Shown here piece by piece: positions 1 to 12,200 of a DNA stretch of 64,000 nucleotides. The translations under genes were made by a program, and so were the position numbers. This DNA is from Saccostrea echinata. Taxonomy: Eukaryota. The notes beneath the pieces were generated by a model. That model saw only the letters and a program-made list of their open reading frames with translations. It did not search any database and was not told the origin of the DNA. The stretch's first letter is position 1; each line of letters starts with the position of its first letter. Location: contig NW_026889774.1 of the NCBI RefSeq assembly GCF_033153115.1, positions 7,440,001-7,504,000 on the forward strand. Reading direction: 5' to 3'.

Positions 1-119
1 GTAAATATATTTCACATTATCAAGAATGCAACAATCTTGTAGTTTGAATTATGTTCACATTTCATTATGCCATGAACTTGCAAAAAGCCTTATCATTCAT
101 AGTCTCTTACAACACTTAC

Positions 120-285
120 CTGACTGTGGGCTCTAGATGCCAAGTATTACATTCGAACACCCTCCAGTCCTCCTTCAGAGCAGATGTGGGGTCTGTTATC
201 CTCTTTCTCTCTGTTTCTGGGGTTCGTGGAGATTTAGAACTTGTTCCGTATGGAGGTTTAGTCCCTAAAAATTGTTTTGTAGTCA
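120..285 (-). CDS. BLTP1: BLTP1 exon 64 (acceptor inferred from phase)
   Basis: DWRVFECNTWHLEPTVR; donor AG|gtaagt; reading frame requires the AAG acceptor at 286-288. Confidence 0.85.
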
Positions 286-3200
286 CTTTTAATCTATAAT
301 TAACCAAGTTTAAATCAACATTTCACATAATTTTGGCTACAGCTGGCTTATAAAGTGTGTCAACCAGTTGTGAAATATATTAAATGCCTTTTTTTTAGTA
401 GAAAGCTTTATGTTTGGGTAATTTTTTTGAGATTCTCTAAATATGTAAAATAATGGTAAAGTTTTCATGAAAAATAAGAAAATACACTGTATTTTTAAGG
501 ATAAGCACCAAGTACATATAAATACAACGCTACTGTCCAAAGAAAGTAAAAAATACATATTTCAAATTATGAATGGAAATCTGAACATTCTTTTTTTTTT
601 TTATTAACCTTAAAATCAAATAAGCCAACAGATGGAGATGTCTTTACAGAATGTTTTGACACATTTGTCTACCTTTATGGAATGTTTTGTCACAGTTGTC
701 TACCTTAATGGAATATTTTGTCACAGTTGTCTACCTTTATGGAATGTTTTGTCACAGTTGTCTACCTTTATGGAATGTTTTGTCACAGTTGTATACCTTT
801 ATGGAATGTTTAATCACTATGTCCCTACCTTTGTCCTTCTCCTTGATATACGACAGAATAAGGTCATGAAGGAACAGAATGACCTCTGCATCCATGGCAA
901 CAAAAATATGATCCTCAAACTCTGTGACAAAACTGCACTCCACAACAGGACGAGGGTCTGGGAATAAAAATGAAATAAAATGTTGATAATCAACAAAAAG
1001 AAGTATGGTGACGATGATAAGAAATAATTCAATTTGCTTTCAACATCAACATTTTTTTTTTATCCAACTACATGTACCTGTGTTTTATTGTAATGTTTAA
1101 ATGTTGAAATAATTTAACCTTTTGAATTTGAGCTTTTATTTCATGTCTATAATTTGGATTTTGGATCATACAAAATTTACAGAGAGCAAATTTGACTTCA
1201 CAGTTGAAAAATAAAAATATTTCTTTTCTTTCCAATTTAACATTTGCATAAATACCATCAGGTTTTGGCTCATGTTGAGACTGGTTGTGAATGGTTTTTA
1301 GCTGGAGTTGGAGAGAGGGCAGGAGAAAGATCATCTCTGTGTCGTGACTATAGGCCTGTACCTTCCTGATCCGACGCGCTTCCAGAGCATCTTCTTCATG
1401 AAGCATCTGTGGGAAGCAGTCAAGTCCTGAAAAATACATAATTACATGTATTTGACAAATCTGGCACAAAGTTACATGTAGCTATTGACCAGAGAGACTG
1501 GGACTCTATATTTTTATTTGATGTATTGGTACTGCCATATATTTAATGTACAAGTACTACTGTGGAGAGAAAGATGCTTTTTTCAAACATGAGGCTTAAT
1601 TAACACCACCTAGGATCTAGCTATAAATTTTTGAAGAGAAGTGTATGAGATCTTATCTTGAGGGAGGTTTTCATTATTTCTACCATTACCTAAAAGGATG
1701 GGGGGAGGGGTAACAAAGCTCTGTTGCCCCTACCTTTGATATCAGATGTGGCTAGAGTGTAGTGGAACCATTCCTGGACACTTGTGAAGGAAGGAGGCAT
1801 AGAGTGGCCCCGACTCAGCATACAGATGTAGGCCATGTGCTGCTCCTTCGTATGCTGTGTCAGGTCATGCCCAATGTAAAAGTTCAGATTCTGGATCACA
1901 TGGATTCCTGGGCATAAAATAAACATGTCAACCCTGAGTACATACGCACAGTGTAAATACTTTACTGTAAATGCTCTGCATTTTACTTTTAAGATACAGT
2001 CAAACCTTGTTATCTTGAACTTGATGAGACCAAGAACTTTGAGATATCTGAGGATTCAAGATATCAAGGGTAAAATTTTTAAAAAATATGTGGTTGGGAC
2101 TTCCAAATCACTTCGACATATCTATGGTTTCGAGGTGTTAATATTCAAGATACCGAAATTCAACAGTACTACTTTATTGGTTTGAGCCATTTTTTTATAA
2201 ACTGTACAATGCAGGCTGCTGATTTCAGCTTCCAATGGCTCTAAAGGATCTGTTTTTTCTACGTAATTTCTGACTTACCTCCTTCAGGCAGCTGTTGAGA
2301 CTCAGTGGCAAATATTATGTAAGGTTCATGCATTGTAAATAGAGCCCATGACTTGGCTTTGAAATTCATCCCATGGAAACAGGCCAAGGTCAGGTTTTTG
2401 CCTTTCAAGGTCATGTTCCCACCGAGTATTGTGCCCTCCTTTGGCATCATGCTAGGCAGCATAGAAAAACGGCATCCAACCACTAGTTCTAGAGCTCTCT
2501 GCCAGTGTCTGTGGTGCCGAATGTCCCATATACCTAGAAGAGTGATATTCATGCATGTATGTCAATTCTGACATTATGTTAAACAGTTTTGCACACGAAG
2601 TTTCTGAAGCTACAAAAAATTTAAAGTTTTCAAATTTTCAAGCAAAGAAGTAAGTGCCTTTTCTTGCGAAAGGGATAAAATTCTTCTCCAAAATAATGTG
2701 ACCATTTCGCAAAAAGCACCAAAAAAACTCTAACTAAATAACAATAAATGATCTTACAATCAACATCATCAGACATTTTTCTGCGTTCACTTCCTCTCTT
2801 TGCTCCTGACTTGGGGCCAAGAGTCATCAACACACGCCTGCTACTAGTAAATTGGTTCATGAAAAACTCTTCTATTTTGGAGACCATTTTAATGATATCT
2901 GGAGTGGTGGAGCGAGAGATCATCATGTGGAACTGTTCCCAGTGCAGGTCGCCATGAGCAAACAAGATAGCAGGCCTAAATAGAAGGCAATCATTTCATC
3001 ATTCAAATACATTTTACTGCAGCGTATATCTTAATTACTTATGATGTTTTTCTTTCATGCTTTTAAAGTTAACTTCTAGGAGACAGAGTACACAAAAAAT
3101 TTAACTTACACCATAAAAGTTTAATTAAACCTTAAAATGAATAAAATCTTTTTTCATTTTTTTTTTTTCAGAAATGAATGATGTTCACTATTCTATATAC

Positions 3201-6200
3201 ATGTACTAACTTGACTGTGTTTTTCCTTAAATATTTCATTTTGTAATATGATGTACCTTGTAGTGGCCAAAGGAGTGTCACTTGTTGGTTTATCTTGGAC
3301 TAGCCATTCATCCTTCAGAGCAATTCTGAATTCATTGAGTCGAGCCATCAGGACACTGGAGCCCATGTAATCCATACGACACTCAATGGTGTACAGCGAG
3401 ACTCCCATACTGTGTAAGGGTTGCTTCCCTTGTTCAGGATCTTCATTAACTTCCACTGTTTTTAGAAACATTATGTTTTTATATGTGTTTTATTTAACAT
3501 ACTTTATAACACATAAGAGAAAAAATACCAATACATATACTGTACACTTGAATGAGAAAATATACATAAAGACGACCTTGCCTGAATACCTGTTTTGTCT
3601 TATCTCTCATTCAGAATTTAACAATTTAATGCCTATCAAATTCGTCTTTGATCAAACAAAAGCTTTTATTTTAAAAAATTGTACATGTAATTAACAAATT
3701 TACCGAAGAGATTAAGGTCATTGAGGTCAATGGTTCCTCCTACTACTCCACCCCGAGAGTCAAAGTGGGAATTCCCTGTACCGGCGGTGATCCTCAGGTC
3801 ACGATGACCGTTACTGTGAATGGACAGACTCCCCTGACTTTTGATTTCCTGTGTGGTCCACCTGAAAGACAAGGTTAAATTAACAACAAGAAAGTCTCCA
3901 CAGAATTTAATTTGTTAATCAAATGTTCTTAATATTTTATGTATGTGTTTTTAGATTCTCATAAGTATGGTATCATATAAATTATACTTGTCCTTGAAAT
4001 CAGGTTAAGAAATGGATGCCTTCTAGCATGTATGTACATGAAGTAGTCTACATCATCTGTTTTAGATTTGGCACTTTAAAAATTCTCCAAATCGATCACC
4101 ATGTAATTCGCCTGAATTTGACCTTGTAATATGACCTTCAGAAAATGCTACATGTACTTCACAACCTCCCTTAGGTTGTTCTATACAGTCACTAATAAAT
4201 TTACATCAAATTAATGTATTAGAATTGATTTCAAATCCTGAATGATTTAATGATTTTGATTTTTAAAGATACACTGAAAGCATTTCACAACTTAGGCCAT
4301 AAGCAACAAGAGGCCCAAAGGCCTTGAATCACACTTCTGATAAACTGTACAACCTATCACTTCTATTTGAAGCCTTTAAGTATCCTGTATATTAGATAAA
4401 GCCTTGAAATTCCAAAGGCAGGTCATCATGACCTACATTTTAGATGAAACACTCTGAGAACCCAAGATGATTCTGAGCCAATTAGTACCTGAGAGTAGGT
4501 CATGGTGACGTACTTATCACTTGTCAATCTCTGAGGACCCAAGATGCATAACTAAGTTTGATGATTCTAAGCCAATTAATACCTAAAATATTTTTAGAAT
4601 TATAACCATAAAATTTCAAAAGTAGGTCACAGTGACCTACTTTTCAGATGACATACTTTGAGGACCCAAGATGCATCGACTGAAAAAACTTGATGATTCT
4701 AAGCTCATAAGTACCATAAGTACCTGATATATTTAAATAAAGCCCTAAAATTCCAAAAATAGGTCACAGTGACCTCTTTTACAGTCAACTAACTCTGCGG
4801 ACCCAAGATGCATCAACTGACAAAGTTTTGATAATTCTAAGCCAATTAGTACCTGGAATTTTTAAGTAAAGCCATAACTTTTCAAATGTAGGTCATGGTG
4901 ACCTACTTTTCAGTTGACCTACTCCAAAGACCCAAGACGCTTCAACTGACAAAGTTTGATGGTTCTAAGCAAATTAGTACCTGAAATATTTAATTAAAGC
5001 CATAAATTTTCAAAAGTAGGTCATGGTGACCTACTTTTCAGTCCACTTACTCTGAAGACCCAAGATGCATCAACTGACAAAGTTTGATGATTCTAAGCCA
5101 ATTAGTACCCAAATATTTAATCATAGTCATATAAATTGAAATGTATGTCACAATGACCTACTTTTCAGTTGACATTTTTGAGGAACCAAGATGCATCAAC
5201 TTACAAAGTTTTATAATTATAGGCCTTAAAATGTCCAAATTATGCCTCTAAAATGCTTTGAAATTGAATGCCTGCAAAGTTCAAAAAGTGGGTCACTGTG
5301 ACCTACTTTTTAATAAATATGTTTTATGGCCCCAAGATGCATCATCTTACAAGATTTAATGATTCTTAACCTCTCAGTATTCGAATCAATGACCTTAATT
5401 GTTTTGAAAAAGATTAGCCATAAAATTCCAAAAGTAGGTCAAGGTGACCTACTTTTTAGTCAACGTACTCAGAGGACCCAAGATACATCAACTGACAAAG
5501 TTTGAATATCATAGGCCTTATATTGTTCAAAATATGCCTCTAAATCATTTTGAAAAAGAATGGCCGCAAAATTTTAAAAGTAGGTCATCATGACCTACTT
5601 TTGAGTCAACATGATATGAGGTTCTTAGATGCATCAACTGACAAGATTTGATGATCCCAGTCCTTATAGTAAGCAAAATATCAACATTTTAATAAAATGT
5701 AATTTTTGGTCAACTTTGAAGTGACCTTGAGGCTGCACCCTTTGCCCCAGGGTGATGCCTTGAACAATTTTTAATCTACAACATATCCTGATCCTTTTGT
5801 GTAAGTTTGGTGATAATCTGCCCAGTGGTTCTTGAGAAGAAGATTTTTTAGCAACCAGTACGTTTGTTTCTTTTTTTCCTTATTATCTCCCCTTGTTTAA
5901 GGGTCACAACCCTAGTTTTAGTATAAACGGGAGCCCTTGGGTCAAGGATACCCTGTGACAAATTTGACAAAAATTGGCCAAGGGGTTCTTGAATTATGGT
6001 CCATATTCTAAAAAGTTTATGCACACCACACAAATGGCCATAGCCTTTGGCTCAGAAGAGCTAAAAATCATATTTTGTTGAGTATAAATAAAGATTAGCT
6101 TATACAATACATTTTAATTATTTGTTAATTAGTTCAGTACCCTCATTATGCCTTACACAGTGTTTCCCATGACATTGCTCATGTTGACATGTAAATCCAA

Positions 6201-9200
6201 CTTGGCTAGATTAACAGCAAAGAGCACCAAGGTCTCCCAGGAAACAGATTTTGGTGTCACATGACTGCTGCTATGGTGACTTTTATGTCTCCCAGTTTCT
6301 GATTGGTGGAGAAGAGATTTGTGCTTCCCAGGAGTCTTTGCTGTTGAGCCTGGAGTTCCTGTGTGAGGATAAGTGAAGGAATCCTGGGACATCAAATCGG
6401 TAGGGGACTGTGGCATGGAGGCTAAAATTTAAGACATCAAGATTTTATTTTAGGAAACTGGAAACAATTAGAAGATGTAAGACAGTCACATAACACAACA
6501 ACCATGTAAATGTAAAAATAGTAAATATACATGTATATACATGTAAATTACTGTAAAATCACTTGTTTTTGTGGGGTCAAATTTTAGTGGTTTTGAGGAA
6601 AAAGTATTGGTTTGTAATTTGATTTCTTGGGTGAAGAAACATATTGAAAGCTTAACACTTTGAGAAGGACAAGAATTTGTGGGTCTCTCCATACTATGAA
6701 AACAACACAAATTAAACCCTGAATATTAGCGATTTCACAGTTAACATGTGTAAACCTAATTAAAAATCTACACTGACCTTACATCAGAACTTGTTTATAC
6801 AAAAATATAACTGACATGCACGTATACACAGTGTATCTTTAAATATCCAAATTTACTGAAAAAAATATTGAAAACTACATATCATGACATATAACAGAAA
6901 CTCAACATATTAAAAAACCATTTCTTTAATCCAATTTTTGAGCATTCAAAGTTAGTTGATATGTAATATAATACATCATCCAATTTTTTTTATAGTGATG
7001 CCTGAAAAGCTAAATATTAAAATCCTAAGTTTCATAATTTTTAATTTTTGCTATAAATAGAAGGCACTGATTGATGCTGATACAATCTTACTGCAACTGA
7101 ATTATTTTGCTAGAAAATACATTTTGAAAAATCATGTCACATGCATCTGAAACTTTCAAATTCAGCTTTATATAAGAAATCTATATTTTTAAGCATATTT
7201 TCAGAAACTTTTATTTTGCATTCATGTGCTATTTAGAATTTTTTTTTAACTACCGTATATACTCGCCTATAAGTCGGTTATTTGGGAGTTAAACTTTGGT
7301 CCAAAACTCTATGTCCGACTTATAGGCGAGTCATAAAATGATTGGTATTTTAGAGGGTCAATCCCTCTAATATAAGCTTAAAGAATGCAACCGACTTATA
7401 AGCGGATCGACTTATAGGTGAGTATATACGGTATAATGACACATACAAAACAGATGTTCAGATTCTAGATCTATTTTAATCTAATCCAGTAGATCATACA
7501 GTCATATATACATTATATATATGTATCAGACATGTGTTTGACATGTGCATTAAAATTCTGATTAAGGGCAACTTAAGAGCACCCAAAATTTGCTTCAATC
7601 TGAAATGTAAATTGATGATACATATTTTTCTAAACAAACTATATTTATATTGATATTAAAGACACCAAACCTGTTCGCACAAATTTGCTGTCAATCTGTT
7701 GTTTAAGGTCAGAGCTGAGTTGAACTTTGATCTTGTCCCCTGAGGAGCTTCGCCGATGGTGACCGGGGATCACAACATTCAGGTTGTTGGACTGGGAGAG
7801 GGAGGGGGAGGAAGTAAAGAGTTTAGAGACGGGGCCCCTCACGGGGCTATCCCCCTGGGAGCTTCCGGTGGAGGTTGAATCAGATTCTGTAAAGCATCAC
7901 ACAACAGCAAAGCTAAACATAAAAGCTGAAAGGTGTACAATCCCTGGCAAGGCTCGATAAACTATTACAAGATTGCAGTCAGAATTAAAGGTTATACATT
8001 CAGGAAAGTTGACTGAATTTTTTTTTGTAGCTCGATAAATGAAAGGTTTGGAAAGCCAAGTATACTACTCTGTAATAAACTGCATATGACAATATCATAT
8101 AATTATTATGTAAAAAAATGAAGTCAATAATTTTATGATTTATTTTTTCAGACTTTTTTTTTTTTACTATTTTTTAACTTTCACTGAAGAAATATTAAAA
8201 AAGGGTGTACTTGGCACTAAAATCTTAATTGAAATCAGCTTAAATGACATATAAGGAAGAAGGGGGGGGGGGTGTAAGTAATTGAGAGGACTTTCTAACT
8301 GTTAGAATTATATATAAGTCATATCTCACTTCAACACTTAGAACTTGTTACTGTGTTAATACCTGTTCCCAGGAACTGTACACATATCAAAGGAAAACAT
8401 TGCTTTCCAGAACTTAAACTTCATAGAGATATTCAGAAATTATATCTAAGTGAAACTGAATATAAAACTTCTCATGCACAAATTGAATAAATCTCTAATA
8501 CATTTTTTAACCAAATTCAATTTGAAAATGAAAATTATAATGCAACAAGCAAATGATCTAGATCTAGCAATTGAAAAAACCAATTTGCATAATTAAATGT
8601 AGCAATGAAAGTCAACAGAAGAGGAACAACTTCCAATACACAACAAAACATCCCTAACTCACCGTCGTCTGCCACATGGATGTAACTTTCATCTCCCAGA
8701 AACATACGCCTGGCCAGACTTCTGTTGTACCAGGCTTTAGGGAAGGAGAGAATTTCTGACAATCGCCTCATGTCGTACTTAAATGCTGCAGACCCAATAT
8801 CACAAATAGCTACAAAATGACAAAAAAACAGGAAAGTTATAAACTTCTAAAAAGTGAGATTCATGCTTGCCTAGAAATCATGAACTTTATAAATAATCAC
8901 ATAATAATGCTGTAATCAAAATTTTATTCACATATAAGAAATATCCATAAGTTTTTCAACTTTCTTTCACTTAGCAATGCATGTTTTTTTTTTTTGGACT
9001 GCAAACAATTTATATGATTAAAAGTATTTTTATGTTGAATATTTCCATTAAAAAAAAAAGGCAGATGAGATCAAACTTTCAAATCACAAATACATGTATG
9101 AGTCGTCAAGAATAACAGGTAGTTTACAACACTGCATTACTTTGAAATCTACTGTGCAATTCTTTAAATGGTTTTTAAACTTTCACAACTATGAAATATA

Positions 9201-12200
9201 ACAAACTGTTGTAAATGTTAACTGGATTATCAGTTTTTATATGCTACAATTATCACCAGCTCTCTACCTGAGAACCTGACAATGTTTGACTTGGCCTCTT
9301 TGTCCAGGGCTCGTAGTTCTATTTTTCGACTTCTCGAGATGTTGATCTTTACAAACTCGACATTGAGACTGAGCATGTCACGTCTAGTTTGTTCTGACCA
9401 TGCAGGTTCATTTTCCTGAATGCTTCCTTTTGAAAACAAAAATAGAGAATGAAATACAGTAAGCTTCTTTCAATTGTTTCATGGACATGTTGTCCATCTC
9501 AAGATCTGTACATGTAAATAAATGATAATTAAAAGTTACTTGTATTCAGGTTTAAATATTCAATATAAAATAAATATAATTCAATTTTGATATATGCATG
9601 TAAGGACCTTAGAGATCTTCAATAATCCTACCTAGGTTATATCCTGTGGTTGTGTTTAATTTTCTCTGTACCCCTCCCCCATAAGGATGGAATATATACA
9701 GGGAGAAATCTGACATGGCTCCAGTGAAACTCAGACCCCCTGTTGACATTGAGCTACCATCACCTGAAGAGTTTGTACTGCTGGCCCGAGGGCGTGCATC
9801 ACCAAGGAGACGAGATCCACTCGGGTTCCTTTCTCTCAGTTTTGATGCTTAAGTATAATACATGTACATGTATATTAGAAGTGTTCAATTTCAAAATAAT
9901 GTATCAAAAGTATTCAGTTACATCAGAGTTTATACACTTTTTTGATGAAAAGTATCATTAGAGTACACCAACACTTGAAATTTTTACCTCATGCAAAAAT
10001 ATACAAATAGTAAATACATGTACATGTATCAAAGACAGATCTCTGAAAGCTACCTTTAGATTTGAGAGGAGGTGTACCCTCAGCTAGGGAGGTATCAATA
10101 TCAGTACTCTTAGTGGAGAACACCGTCTCTAGTGCTGGGACCTTCAGCAGACACTCCACACGTGAGCTGGGCAGACAGTTAAAGCGGATGATGGAGGGCT
10201 CCACGCGGATAAAAACTACCACATCCACAGGGAAAGATGTCTGGGTTACCATGGTACCCAGTGAACTGTAGGAGGTTTCCATTTCTTCATGATCTTCTGC
10301 TGAAAGTAACCATTGAGAAACAACATTTAATGTAGTATATAATGTCATTTTATAAATAGAGTTGAACTTGAGTACATAAAACATCCATATGTAGAATACC
10401 ATGGATATACACTGTATCAAAGTGAGCTGGAAAGCCCACCACTTTTTCTTTATGCAAATTATCCTCAGATATCTTGAAGCCCCCCCCCCCCAATCTTGTT
10501 TGAGATAACAAGGTTTGACAGTGGCACTCTCATATTATGGCTCTATTTTTATGGCATTTATATGTACATGCAATATTGTTTTATGTTCAGACCTTTCTTG
10601 TTCTGCTGCAGCATGGTGACACCTATGGGAATTGGCTCCAAAGCTTGTTCCAGAAAATCCAAAATACATGGGCTGATGACCATTTCCTGAAGAGAAATAA
10701 GCAAAACTTAGAGCAGATTAATACATGTAAATTATTCAATGATGGACAATTATGTTTCACAATTTTTTTTCAATTCAGGCATCCAACCGGAAGTACATGA
10801 TTGTACAGATGTAGATAAAAATCTAAAGAAACTATCAGATAGAGAGAAATAATTTGAAAATATCTAAAAGAAATCTTCTTGATTACATAGTTTTAAAAAA
10901 GAGTTTTGAAAAAATATAATACAAATATTGTAACAAATGCTTGAGTGGAAGGTAAACTTTCCTTTCTGTATGCTGACACTTAACAGTAAGAATAAGAATT
11001 CAGGAAAAATAATTAGTTAAAAAATAAAGTGCCCCACAACAGCATGATATGCCCGTCAAATATTGTTCAATTATCATAAACAGTTTAGGGTGCAAGAAAA
11101 TCATGTCAACCTTAATTCAAAGATTTCCATGATTCCTTATAATATTTGATGTTTATACATTTCCTGTAGTGCAGGCACTAATTATAATAAATTTCTCAAC
11201 TGGTTGTGTTAGACCTTGACAAATGGCCATCTGCAGCCCCCCCCCCCCCCCCCCCCCCCAGTTTTTTTGTCTAATTCCCAAAGGATACAGATAAGAGCTG
11301 CTTAATCAGAGATGCTCTAACAGAAATGATTGAAGCAGCTAGCCTTCCTACATTGAACTTATTAATTAATCTTTAACTGGATGCATGCATGTCCATTCAT
11401 TACTCCCAAGGGATGAATGGATCTGCACTATCTACTTTAATAGCCTGTACTGTAATAAAAATGCATATTTATGTCATTCCTTTGAAAACCGAGATTTTTT
11501 TTTTAATTTGTTACAAAGATTTATAAAAAGAAACAAAAACTTGTGTAATCTTGATGCAATATTTTAAATAAGGTTACTGCATGACTCTTAGATTTGTAGG
11601 GACTATCTACCATTAACATTTTAAAAAAAAAATACTTGATGATTTTTTTTTTAGATTTAATGTCAGACTGGTTTTAAGCTGCAGTTCATATTGACAAACA
11701 GACAAAACGACATGCCCCCCCCCCCCCCCCCCCCCCCCGGTCTAATTAGTTTTAATTACTGGTATGTTATACAATATCAAATTAGTTTATTATACAATAT
11801 TAAGTCAGTTTTCATTACTTTTCACCAAATTCATTTTAAAAGTTAAAAGGCTAGCCAACTAGATTCATTTACCAACACTGATTCCTTTGCCCAATTCCCA
11901 GAAGATATAGATAACACCTGCTTGATCAGAGATGCTCTACCAGTTTAGTTCCTCACACTAAAACTTATTAATTTCTCTCTAATTGACATGTAATTTTCTG
12001 TTATCAAAATTCTCCTTGACGAGTGCCTGATGATTACACCCATGGGAGAGGTGGAATTTCTCTTATAACATTACATTTGTTATAGATAGCTGTAAAGTAT
12101 ATACATAATGAAAAAAAATAAGTATTTTCTTGATTTAACATTTTTTAATAAGGATATTGCAACATTCTTACACTTTTGGGGATTGTGTAATTGAATAGTA

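Noticed and set aside
632-967. Plus-strand repetitive ORFs of 111 and 60 aa
   Set aside because: Products of the 31-bp minisatellite and the antisense of exon 63.
4400-5700. CRISPR-like appearance (palindromic repeats at regular spacing)
   Set aside because: The intervening sequences are themselves homologous repeats, not unique spacers. The locus is a eukaryotic intron with no cas genes.
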